From a virus (taxonomy: Duplodnaviria; Caudoviricetes), in the IMG/VR virus record IMGVR_UViG_3300046469_000011, positions 27,878 to 91,877 of that record: DNA of 64,000 nt. The stretch is one strand, 5' to 3'. The stretch's first letter is position 1; every line of letters begins with the position of its first letter. The position numbers and the translations under genes were made by a program. Under the pieces are notes generated by a model. That model had not been told where the DNA came from and searched no databases. It was given only the letters and a program-made list of their open reading frames with translations. Positions 36,711 through 47,400 of this stretch are shown here, in pieces.

Positions 36711-36947
36711 ATGTTAGGAGCGACCACAGTATTAGGTATATGGATTTGCCAGGCAGCAATTTTGGCTGTCGTAGCGAATGGATCTTCAACCACGGTGTCA
36801 GCCATCATCGCAGGGGTATTCCTGCTGGTAAACGGGATCACGACTGCTCTAATCACGATCATTCTTCCGAGGAAACTAGATGGAAAGAAAAAGAGGCGAA
36901 GGAAAAGAAGAAGTGTGGAGCGGCGGGGAACGCCGAGTTCCGGGTAG
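36711..36947 (+). CDS. Small membrane protein, holin-like
   Basis: Two hydrophobic segments and a very basic C-tail KKKRRRKRR. Confidence 0.55.
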   Translation: MLGATTVLGIWICQAAILAVVANGSSTTVSAIIAGVFLLVNGITTALITIILPRKLDGKKKRRRKRRSVERRGTPSSG

Positions 36948-37278
36948 GCCCGTGTATAGCCGAGGACCGATCATCCTGACTTTGGAAATCGTCTCGGTTA
37001 TGTCGGGACTCATTGCGATTGTCGCGCTCATCATCACGCTTACGATTTTCTCGTCGCGGGTATCACAAGCTGAATTCAACGCTAAAACGGCTAAAGAGGC
37101 GAGCGTTCTCATCCAGGAAGCCAGATTTAGAGCCGCCGAAGACACCTGTTTTTTGCTGAGAGGACTGGTCTTTGCAGCGGCGACATCTCACACAGCCAAA
37201 GAAGCTGAGGCGTATATCAATTCAACTTCTTTGCGAGATTGCTATCAGTACGGAAAGAAAATTGAAAATCATCCATAG
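36880..37278 (+). CDS. Single-pass membrane protein (lysis-associated?)
   Basis: One TM segment plus a helical domain with two Cys. Confidence 0.6.
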   Translation: MERKRGEGKEEVWSGGERRVPGRPVYSRGPIILTLEIVSVMSGLIAIVALIITLTIFSSRVSQAEFNAKTAKEASVLIQEARFRAAEDTCFLLRGLVFAAATSHTAKEAEAYINSTSLRDCYQYGKKIENHP

Positions 37279-37286
37279 GAGGTAAG

Positions 37287-37475
37287 ATGGGTCTACTTAT
37301 CAACATTCTGATTGCAGCGGTTATCGCGCTGGTCATCTATTTCGTGGCCGTCGCTCTGATCGGGCACGCCACCATCGTCGGCCTGGTGTGTCTGCTGATT
37401 TTCCTGCTGATAGCCTTTGCCGGGTATCAGCGGGGAGGGTTCTACAACAGGCGCTCAGGGCCACCTGTAGTCTAA
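37287..37475 (+). CDS. Small two-TM membrane protein
   Basis: AGGAGG RBS; two TM helices. Confidence 0.7.
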   Translation: MGLLINILIAAVIALVIYFVAVALIGHATIVGLVCLLIFLLIAFAGYQRGGFYNRRSGPPVV

Positions 37476-37759
37476 AAAACGATAGCCGTGCCGGAGAACG
37501 GGGTCTTGTTGTAAAGCAAGACCTCGTTTTCATTTGGGCATGTGGAAGAAATGTCTATCTCGTTCCCAGAGCTATCAAAAAGCCTGGCGGTGACGAACCT
37601 TCCCTTGCCGTGCTGGATCGTCCAGGAGTTTGTGAGCGTGTCCTGTGTGTAAATCTTGGGACGGTCAAGCTCAAGAGCCTGGATTCTCGACTCTAACCCT
37701 CGGATGATCGAGGACATATCTTGCTGCTTGGGGTTTTTCCCTCCCGGTGTGAAAGACAT
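37472..37759 (-). CDS. Minor tail protein
   Basis: LESRIQALE coiled coil plus WTIQHG.G...FSGTA motif; last gene of the tail operon. Confidence 0.6.
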   Translation of the reverse strand: MSFTPGGKNPKQQDMSSIIRGLESRIQALELDRPKIYTQDTLTNSWTIQHGKGRFVTARLFDSSGNEIDISSTCPNENEVLLYNKTPFSGTAIVF

Positions 37760-37760
37760 C

Positions 37761-38888
37761 CTAATCTCCGGTCGGCGAGAAGGCCAAAGACGAAACTTGC
37801 TCGTTGCCGTTGTCGTCGAAATTCAGGGTCGCTCCAAAAATCCTGATCTTCTGCCGCTCTAGCTTGAAATAATCCTTCTCGGCAGAGAGATAAGCGGCAT
37901 CGCCGATATCGTAGTCCTCGAAGATCTTGGGGGACGAGTTCGAGTAGGGGGCCACGCTGTAGGTCAGCAGCGGAACGGAGCGTATGGCTAGCTCTGCGCC
38001 CGCGTAAGCCGCCAGGATGGTCTGCTGTGCCCCAGAGAGCGTGTTGTATTCCTCGAAGACCCCGTAGTCGCGCTGAGAGTCCGCGTCGTAGATCGGTCCA
38101 ACCGGGGCACCCTGGGAAATCACGATCATCGAGTTACACGTCTGAGACGCATCTTCAGTCCAGGAAAAGGTCTTCAGATTGTCCGGCCCCTTGCGGTATC
38201 CGAAAATCACATCCTCGCGCGTAGAGTAGTAATTCCAGTTATACAAATTCAATTCGCGCGTGTCGGGATCAACCATGTAGTCGTATCCGGCTTCGACATC
38301 AGACATATTCTGAAGCGCGTCGCCAAGCTGCTGCCCAATCGTGTAGTAACGATTGCGGGGCAACAGCGGCCCCCCGAAGACGCTCCCCTCCTTGACCCAG
38401 AGTGGCGCGTCGGGAATATTTGCGCGGCTCAGGTATTGCCCGTTGATGACCCGCATCAAAGCGAAGGCGATTTCATCAGCCGGAGTCCCATAGCCCTTGT
38501 TGGAAAAATCCTGGGTGCTGTAGAGGATCTTCTTGACGAGCGATTCGAGCCAGCCTACGCAAGAAACCGTCATCGTGCCTTGGTCAAGACTGCCTTGAAT
38601 TCCCCAGATTGGCCCCGACCAGATGGTCTTCTTGTTGCCTTTGGAATCGGTACGCCTCACTTTTATGCACTTTCTGACGGTCCCCCGGACATCGTTGAGA
38701 TCTACTCTGTCGAGGATCTCCTTGGCGGAGTCAGAGTTGGTGCGAAGAACAAACGAAGCCGATCCTGCCCGGTTTCGCGTGACCGTGCAAGTCTGCTGAG
38801 TAACCCCTGTGAGCGGACCTAGTTTCTCAAGATCACCAAAAGGGTCTTCTGGATCAGGCGACTTGAAAAGAACGCACTCGTACTGCAT
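37761..38888 (-). CDS. Baseplate hub / minor tail protein (ReqiPepy6 gp37-like)
   Basis: N.AGSASF...WSGPIW...DYDIGD pattern; follows Dit. Confidence 0.7.
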   Translation of the reverse strand: MQYECVLFKSPDPEDPFGDLEKLGPLTGVTQQTCTVTRNRAGSASFVLRTNSDSAKEILDRVDLNDVRGTVRKCIKVRRTDSKGNKKTIWSGPIWGIQGSLDQGTMTVSCVGWLESLVKKILYSTQDFSNKGYGTPADEIAFALMRVINGQYLSRANIPDAPLWVKEGSVFGGPLLPRNRYYTIGQQLGDALQNMSDVEAGYDYMVDPDTRELNLYNWNYYSTREDVIFGYRKGPDNLKTFSWTEDASQTCNSMIVISQGAPVGPIYDADSQRDYGVFEEYNTLSGAQQTILAAYAGAELAIRSVPLLTYSVAPYSNSSPKIFEDYDIGDAAYLSAEKDYFKLERQKIRIFGATLNFDDNGNEQVSSLAFSPTGD

Positions 38889-39772
38889 CAGATATACGAG
38901 TCTCGCCAGAACACTTCTACTTGCGGAGAATTCCCTTGGTAGAAAAGCTTATTGGGGCCAGGGGCGAACACCATCATTTCACTGGCATCGTCCATTGCTT
39001 TCCAGGAATTTATGCCAAATGAATTCTTCAGCGTGTTCGCAGCCAGATCGTATTCGTAATAGTCGAACGACGGGACGAAATTGACCTTCACTAGCTGCTG
39101 GGTGGTGTCGTTCCACAGCGAAGAAGAAAGCGAAGGGCCATAGAACCTGATGACCGGCGAGGCGTTGTAGTTGCCCTCGTTCACCGCCGTCAGGACTTCG
39201 GTGAGGCTGTCTATCGTCCCTGGGTAGAAAGACTCCGAGTTGGCGTACAAGCCGAAAAATCTCGGGTCAGAGGCCCGCAAGGAGATCTGGAAATCTCGCG
39301 TGACCATGTTGGACTGCTGGCTTTCCGCCCACTGAATAGGCGAAATCTTCTTGCAGTTGATGTAGTGGTCTGTATCTGGATCGCCAGTTCGGAATATCAA
39401 CGGCTTTTCTTGCGATAGATCAGCAAATGCCGTCCGCAGGGCCATCTGCATATCCCGCAGCTTGGCTACGTTGAAGGTCTGGATATTTCCGTTGATGACT
39501 ATGGTTCGCCCACCGTAAAAAGAGTTGTAGGGAACCTCTCCGTCAGAACCAGTTCTTACGTCCCGAGTGTCCCTGATATCGGGATCTCCCAAGCCATCGA
39601 TTTCCGTGACCCTGTATTGGTCGATGTTTTTTTGGACATTCAGGAACAGGCCGTTGTATTCCAGGACGGCTTCAATGCCAGCGGGGATGGCCCTCCCGCT
39701 TCCCAACAGGGTTTCGCTTCCAGGAAGCCCGTCTCCTGGCCCTGGAATAAATGGCTGAGCTACTCTAGGCAT
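38888..39772 (-). CDS. Distal tail protein (Dit)
   Basis: DG...YGGRTIVING...ISLRASDPRFF...N.GN..A.PVI...GP...PGPN. Confidence 0.8.
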   Translation of the reverse strand: MPRVAQPFIPGPGDGLPGSETLLGSGRAIPAGIEAVLEYNGLFLNVQKNIDQYRVTEIDGLGDPDIRDTRDVRTGSDGEVPYNSFYGGRTIVINGNIQTFNVAKLRDMQMALRTAFADLSQEKPLIFRTGDPDTDHYINCKKISPIQWAESQQSNMVTRDFQISLRASDPRFFGLYANSESFYPGTIDSLTEVLTAVNEGNYNASPVIRFYGPSLSSSLWNDTTQQLVKVNFVPSFDYYEYDLAANTLKNSFGINSWKAMDDASEMMVFAPGPNKLFYQGNSPQVEVFWRDSYI

Positions 39773-39987
39773 TAGCTATCCAGCAATTCTCCGTACTTGT
39801 CGCGCAACCGATCTTCAGCCTCGTCCAGAAAAGCAAAGCGCTCCGCGTAGGTCATTTCATTGGTGCAGCGATGATTATCTGGATGGTTGTTTGTGACCTT
39901 CTGGACTTCTAGCTTAGCTCGCTCGTTATGCAAGGTAGCGAGCATCTGCTTCGCGTGTCGTGCGGTAATGTCAACTGGAACTTCCAT
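39772..39987 (-). CDS. Hypothetical protein
   Basis: AAGGAG RBS; TAATG coupling to Dit. Confidence 0.65.
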   Translation of the reverse strand: MEVPVDITARHAKQMLATLHNERAKLEVQKVTNNHPDNHRCTNEMTYAERFAFLDEAEDRLRDKYGELLDS

Positions 39988-39995
39988 TTCTCTCC

Positions 39996-40919
39996 TTAGT
40001 CAGTCAGGCCGTATGCCTGAAGTGTGTTGGCAATGTCCGTAGGATCAGTAGAGTAGGAACGCTGAGGTGATTTCTGACCCCAGAATCCTAGCATTCTCAC
40101 GTTCGTATCAGCAATGAAATACGAGTTGTGATCAGGGTCATCGAAGCGCATCTGGTACTCGCCGCAGACAATCCAGCCAGACGTGTTTGAGATATAACCC
40201 CAATTGTCTACCTGAGCGGCTCCATTGGAATTGATCCAGTTGAACGCCTTGTAGACGCCTAGCTGCGGCCCCTGGTTGTAATCCGCATATTTAGTGGCGG
40301 CAACCGTAACGCCTCCGCCGCCGACCAGGAGATAGCCATCCGTGTCGTTGCCGGTGGTGACTTCCAAGCCGGTGCTGTCTACGGTGATGTAGGTCGTCTC
40401 GCCTTCATCACTGATCGTCATATTTCCATTTACAACGATGCCGCCATTGAAAGTGGCGACTCCGGTGACGGTCAAGGTTTCGTCAGCCGTGATACCTGCT
40501 TCGAATTCTGCTGTCCCGACGACGGTTAGGGTTCCGCCGATATCTACATTTCCAGTCGTCTCAAGGGTGCCTGTTGAAATATCAGAGGCGATGATGTTGT
40601 TGCCGCCCTCGATGACCCAGAAATTCGTTCCGTCGAACATGAAAAAGACCGATTGAAATGATTCGGTCAGTTGCATCGAATTGATGCCGTCCATACCCGG
40701 ACCCATCCCGTAGATCACGGAGGACCCAGGAGAATTGATCGTCACGGCGTCAGTGGGGAGGGTTCCCGACTGAGCAACAACGCCTACAACCGAGTGCTGT
40801 GGGCCAGCGGGAAGGTCTACAGTCGATCCGGGGGCCGCGCTGATGACCTGCTGAGGCTGCGCGGCATAGACACCGCCCGTGCTAACGGTCCATTCAAGCT
40901 GCTGGGCGATGACTGTCAT
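39996..40919 (-). CDS. Tail fibre-like protein
   Basis: Beta-repeat segment GTLTVVG/TLTVTG; tail context. Confidence 0.6.
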   Translation of the reverse strand: MTVIAQQLEWTVSTGGVYAAQPQQVISAAPGSTVDLPAGPQHSVVGVVAQSGTLPTDAVTINSPGSSVIYGMGPGMDGINSMQLTESFQSVFFMFDGTNFWVIEGGNNIIASDISTGTLETTGNVDIGGTLTVVGTAEFEAGITADETLTVTGVATFNGGIVVNGNMTISDEGETTYITVDSTGLEVTTGNDTDGYLLVGGGGVTVAATKYADYNQGPQLGVYKAFNWINSNGAAQVDNWGYISNTSGWIVCGEYQMRFDDPDHNSYFIADTNVRMLGFWGQKSPQRSYSTDPTDIANTLQAYGLTD

Positions 40920-41485
40920 ACGAGAACCCTCACAATAAATTTGAGGCCCGAAGCCGGTGGCCCGAGCGTGATATCAGGAATGTTGAACGTTGTCGAGCCG
41001 TCTCCTGCTCCGAAAGTCTCTGCGAAGACTCCGAATAGATCTGAGTAAGTGCTTCTGTTCAGCGGGCGACCATCGCAGATCATATTTCTGGTGGTGCCAT
41101 CGCTGTCTACCGGGTCCGTGGTCCCTCCGTAGAAACGGATCTCGCCGACTTTCTGCGGAGCGCTCGCGGCAATCAGTTGGGCTTCGCTGAACGTCAATGC
41201 CGCGAAATATCTGCTGAACGGAGCGATGCGAGCGGGGCTTTGGGAATCCGCAAAGTCGATTCGATACTCGCCGCCGTCGAGAAAGAAGGAAATATTCCCG
41301 TTGCTGTCCGTAGCCGTAGAGGATGCCTGGGTAGAGCCTGTCAGGCCCGCAAATGGCGTGTATTGACTTCCCTGTGAGCCATCCGGGTTGATCTCGTACA
41401 CCGTGGCATCAATGCCCGCCAGGGGAGCCAAAACCCCTCCCTGGTTGACCGTGATGCAATCGACATATTCTGAACGAAGCGGCAT
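40916..41485 (-). CDS. Tail protein with phage tail-collar domain
   Basis: VGEIRFY...CDGR.L.RSTYSDLF.V....FGAGDGSTTFNIPD. Confidence 0.8.
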   Translation of the reverse strand: MPLRSEYVDCITVNQGGVLAPLAGIDATVYEINPDGSQGSQYTPFAGLTGSTQASSTATDSNGNISFFLDGGEYRIDFADSQSPARIAPFSRYFAALTFSEAQLIAASAPQKVGEIRFYGGTTDPVDSDGTTRNMICDGRPLNRSTYSDLFGVFAETFGAGDGSTTFNIPDITLGPPASGLKFIVRVLV

Positions 41486-41492
41486 TTTTCTC

Positions 41493-44400
41493 CTATCTGG
41501 AATCAGGGTCGTGGTTCATCTTCCACGCAACCGCGTTGCTCAGATGCACCGGATCAGCGACTTCCATCGGATGATCGATGTGGAAGTGGTTCTCAATGTT
41601 TTTCGTTCCGAAGTTGTTCGTGCGAGAAATATTGGCCGGGACGATCTGCTCGCCAGCGTGACCGAAGATCAAGCCAGACCTCTGAATGTTACCGCCGATA
41701 TCCATCGAGGGCACCGACATTGCGTACTGCGGAAGCAACCCTCCCAGGCCATTGAAAATCGCGTCTCGGAACATAGTCCACGCACTCGACGAGAAATTCT
41801 GCTGATTGGTCGTCGCTTCAAGCTGCTGAAGATTCGCGGTGTTCTGGACAGTGGCCGTGGTATTAGCGCCCATAGCTGAAATGAGGTCGTTGAAGACTCC
41901 CTGCATATCCTGTGGGAGAATCCCCATCAAATTAGAAATTTGCGATCCCATCGCAACAGACAGCGCTGCGAATGCCTGCGGGCTTTGCTGGAAGGCGGCC
42001 ATGAGTGGCCCGAGTACGGCATTGACCTGACCTTGGTAAGAGCCAAACGTGCCGTTGCTCATATCCTGAACAATTTTCTGAACCAGACTACTGGCAAGCT
42101 GGGCCAATTGAGTCGCATTTTCTTGAGCGACCTGGATTTGCTGCGGCAATGCTTGGTTGCCCTGAATTTGACCTATAAGCTGGAAAATACCCTGTGCGGT
42201 TTGAACAATTCCGCTTTGAGTCTGAGCAGCCGTGTCGTACATGGTGACGATTGCTTGGCCATAAGCAGTAATCGCCTGCTGGTAGGTCAGGTTGGCCTGT
42301 TGGATCTGGGCACCAAGCGTTTGTAGCTGCTCGGTCAGCGTGAGGATGGCCTGCGTATTTCCCTGAGCCTCGGCCTGGGTGAGAAGGCCCTGAGTCGCCG
42401 TGTATTGCTGCTGCATATACTGTTGGTTCAGCCTTGCAGCCTGAATATTTGTGAGCGCACCGCCAAGGAAATTGCCAAAGCCTTGCTGCACCTGGGCGAC
42501 GGTCTGCATTACCTGAACTTGGTTGTTCTGGTACTGAGCCTGCTCCTGCTGCGCGTTCATGGCGTCTTGGAGGGCCTGAGCTTGGGCTTGGCTCACGGAA
42601 GAAATGGCCTGCTGAAGCTGAGCGTAAATCTGATCGGCCACAGATTGCCAGCGGGGATCTCTACGCGCCTTTTGAGCAGCAATATCGTAAGCGTGCTGAA
42701 GCGCCTGGACCTGAGCCTGTGAAGCGGCAATTACGCCCTGATCTGCCATCCGAAGATTGTTCTCGGTGGAGGAAATAATTTCATTGATATTTCCTGTGCG
42801 CCCGATGGCACCTGTAGTCCCAATAGCTTGGTAGGTAGCCAAAAGCTGCTGGAAATATGCGAGCGCATTCGTCGATGCTCGCATTGCCTTAGTCAATCGA
42901 TCTTGGAATAGCTGCTGAGCTAGTTGAAGCGCCTGCTGTGCATCCGAGCCGATCTGCTGATCAAGCTGCATGATGTCTTGGAGAATTTGCTGCCGCGCAC
43001 CAACAAGCTGCTGGTAATACTTCATATTGGAAGCAGTAACTCTCCCGAAGTCACGTATGCGGCGATTTATTTCTCTGAGAGCGCGAGATTCTTGGCTGAC
43101 AAGCCTTTCGTTATCACGCAGGTTTACATTGGTTACATTTATTTGAGCAATATCAGAAGCAACCTGTGTCAAAGGCGTCGTAGAAACAAATCTACTACCG
43201 ATCATGCGAATGCCGTTCGCTGCCAGAGTCGCAGTATTGGTCATCCGCGTGGTTAGATCAGAAATTGCTTGTGCTGCCAGCGCAAACAGACCGTTCGGCC
43301 CAGAAAGTAGCTCGAAATTCTTGGTGAACGTATTTATGCTGTTAGCTATCTGCTGCGCTCGCAGGTAAAGCTGAAGTTGCGCCCTGTAGAAAGCAGGCGT
43401 ATCGAATGAAATAGACGCCAGCGAGAAAGTCCCACCGGGGCCGATTTGGGATCTACCAGCGGGTTGATATGAAGGTGCTGGAACAGCGCCGCTCCCGCCA
43501 CTATTAGCGTTTATGCCAGGTCCATAATTTCCGCCACCAATATTTGGTGAGGGTGGAGGTGCCGAAGCAAGTGAAGGCATTGAGACTGGATTCGGCACCG
43601 AGAGCTTAGGTGCTGACGGGGTAGAAGTGTGATGCGGCCTAGAGGAATGTCGCAGCCAACTAGGCGCACTCTGGCTCAATTGGGAAGCATGGAAAGTGCC
43701 GCTCATACCAAGTTGAGCCATCAAGCTTTGGCCCATTTGATTGAGTTGAGTTTGGAACCCAGGCAAATACTTCACCATGAAATTCCACAGCGATTGCAAA
43801 TCTTGGCCGACACCCTTCACGCCGTCAGCCGTCATTTGTTGGATATTTGCCATAGCAACAGAAATCACCGCTTGGACTTGGGTAGTCCACTGTTGCGTCC
43901 CGCGCGTCCAACGACTCGCAATTTGCTGCCCATCAGAAATAAGCGAATTTCTGAATTCCGCTGCCGATTGAATCCCGGTTGCGCTAAAGGTTTTGAATGT
44001 CCCTGCCCACCTTTGCATCGCAACCTGTGTTTGAGTCAACATGCCAGCATAAGCCCGTAGCGCCTGGCGCTCTCTTTCAGTCATATCTGGCATACGACTG
44101 ATACGCAGCACTTCTTGTCTAAAAGATTCCAATTGCTGCTTGCTCAGATCTGTGAGCGGAGGAAGGTTCTTTATTTCTTTGTTGAGTCTCTGTAGAGCTA
44201 CCGTTGTTGGATCAACGCTGCCCGTAAGCCCAAATATTGCTTTGCCGATAATGGGAATACTTGAAAGTGAATTTTCAACAGATCCGCCAAATGTTCCTAC
44301 CTGATTTGGCGCAATGTATTTATTTGATGGAACGAATTTGAACTGAGAATTAGGGCTAGTCGGAACACCTTGAGTCGCTTGATATAGCGCGTACAGCGAA

Positions 44401-47400
44401 GCAGCAGCACCGCCCAACCTGGACAACCACCCCAATCCGCCACCCAACCTAGAAAGGAACGATCCACCCGCGAAGCCTTCAACGGCATTTATTCCGCCGC
44501 CACCAGCAGCCCCAGCCCCTTCTTCTTCGCCAGCAATCGCACCCCCTTGAACCTCGCCAATTTTTTCTTCTTCGGCTGCTTTTGCCCCGCCAGCAACTTC
44601 CGCTTCTTCAATTTTTGTAGCCGCTTCGGTGCTGCCCACGCCTAGAGCTTCACGAATGGCAGCGCCAAGCCGCTCTGCCCCTGTCGTACAAGCATCGAGA
44701 ATTGGCTGCCCACTGATTTCAAAAGGCTTGCCACCCCATACGTCTTTGATTGTCTGCCAGGGGTGTGTAAAGAATCTCTGTAGCTTTCCAAGGTCACTAA
44801 GCAGCCTGCCGGTGCCACCGAGTAGACCACCAATAATTCCCCTTACAAAACGGAATCCCAAATATGCCGTGGCAAGAGCCGTAACTGCGGTTGCTAGATT
44901 CTGGTGAGCAGCCAAGAATCTAGTTATGTCAGAAATTACCTGTCCAGTAATTATTAGGAATTGCGTGATAGCTGGTATGACCTCTTGCGAGAGCAAGACA
45001 GCCATTGCGTGAAGTCCCTGCTGCCCACCAGCGCTTCCGGTTATATCTAGAATTGCCTTAGCGAGCGCCCCAAAAATCATTCCTAGATCAGCGAGGATTG
45101 GCCTTGCGCTGGCCCAAAGCCTCTGTAGGACATGCCAAGCAGAGCCGTGATCGTTGATTGATTTGGTAAGCCTGTTTATTTTTTTAGTAAAATCATCAAT
45201 CAGGCCAATGCCCGAACGCGCTCCGCCGCCTTCACCAAGTATGGAGAAGAACAGTTTTCCAAAAGCCACAAAGAGACTGATCAGAGACTTGAGCGCATCG
45301 AAAGCATCAGAGAAATATGCCTTGAGTTGATTTTTGCCTTGGGTAGATGAAACCCAGGACGTAAATTGGTTCGCAATTCCTTCAATGAATATAAGTATTT
45401 GATGCAGGAATGGCGAAACGATCCTTACGATGGCCCCAACTGAAGTCAGGAAATCAACGATGATGCGGGCAAGCGGCTTTACATTGGCAGAAGCCTGGTG
45501 AATTAGGTAAATGAATGTATTGATAGCTGCTGGGCTAAAGAAAGCTTTGGTTATTTGCCCAATCCCGCCAGCCATGCTGTGAGCAAGTTGCTGAAGCGCT
45601 CCCAAAATTCTTGGGTCACGAAGAACTCTAATGATGTTCCCAACAATGGGAACAAACGCCCCAATAATTTGATCAGTAATCGGCCTGAGAACGCCGTGCG
45701 CTCCCTGGAACATCCGATAGAGCGTAAGAATGTACCCCGACAGCACTCTTTCCGTTTGAGTCATCTGGCTACGCAAAAATGCAAGCTGAGCCTGGACTCC
45801 CACGTCATAACCAACTGCGGCCTGACGCGCCTCGATGATGGCTGCGCGAGCCTGAGCCAATGCGTATTGAGAATCGACAACTGCTCGCCGTGCCGAGACA
45901 AGGCCGATCTCTGCCTGCCTGACCGTCTGAGCAATATTTTGTCGAGCCAGAGATCCGCTAGCAGCATCCGTAATCGCGTTGTGCATTTGCACAATGGCCT
46001 GTTGGTGGCCGACCTGTGCTTGAGCAACCTGTAGCTGGGCTTGCTGGACATCGCCACCTGTGGCTACGGCCTGCTGCAACGCCTTCTGAGCGTCTGTGAG
46101 GGCCAGCGACGAAGCCAATGCAGCCAGCCTAGCTTGCTCTTCCTGGAAAACGAGTTGCTGTAGCTGGCGATAAGCCTGCTGGCGTGCGGTCAGAAGCCCA
46201 AGCTGGGCGACCCGGACATTGTTGACGGCTTGCTGAGCTTGGAAAAGCGTGTCTGAATAATTGTGTTCAGCAATGTTTACTTGGTTGATTCCCAGAGCCG
46301 TCTGATAAGCGGTCATGTATTGAGCTACGAACCGCGCTTGGGTCTGAGCAACTATTTGTTGAACGTAGCCAAATATGCTTGTGAGACGTTGTAGAGATGC
46401 CCCAAAAATTCCCATCGCGGGAATTGCCTGGGCCATCGCCGTCATAAACCCGGCAGAAACGGCTGTAGAAGCAGCGGTGACCGCAGAAGTGACCGAACCA
46501 AACGCCCCGGCAAGCCCTCCAATCGCCGTGATCCAAGGCGCAATCAGGCCAATTCCCGCCTGAGACAACCCTCCTATGCCGCCCTGACCACCGCCAATTA
46601 TCTTGCTGAAATAACCAAGATTTCCGCCAATATCACCGGCTGCTGTTCCAGTCGTTAGCCCCCGGATATTAGTATCGGCAAGTATCGCTGTTTCTTCACT
46701 GACTGAGGTGTAATCTCCGCGTTTAGTTGCTCTGTTTGCAAGATTTACTTCTCGCCGCGCTTTTGCTACCTCCCGCAAGGCTTCTGCATACGCATATTCA
46801 ACTTTTGCCTTTCGAGCATCCTCTTCATCAGCGAATCCCTGATCTCTAAGAGCCTGGCGACGAACCTCGCTCAAACGATTTTCTGCTTCGGTTTGATCAC
46901 CTATTACATCAGTAAGTCGTCTGCGAATGTCCAACAACGCACGAGTAGCTTCAATTTCCTGAGTTTGATTAGCATCGGGGCTAGCTAGAGTTTTAGCGGG
47001 TCTTTGCGCTAGTGCGAGAAGTCGTTTTTGCTGAGCTTCAATTTCTGCATTGATTTGGAGGGTTTCTTTGGCTCGGGTATTCATCTCAGCTTGGCGCTGA
47101 ATACTTATTGCTGTTTGTCTTGCAGTCTCTTCAGTTCTTGCACCTTGTTCTTTTAGAACCTTCGATAGTTCATCTGTGCGGGTTTTTAGTTGAATGGTCG
47201 CAGCGGCATATGTAGAAGTGCCCGATGCTCCCTCGCGTTGCAATTTGGTAACACGAGCTTGTGCAATTTCAACATTTTGGATGGCTCTTACGTGTTCTTC
47301 TATTGCCTTTTGCGACGAGTTCGCGCTCAGTTTGAGATCGTTATACGAAGCATTCAGTCTCGTAATAGAATCTTTTTGGCGGTCAGCAGGCGTCTTGCCT

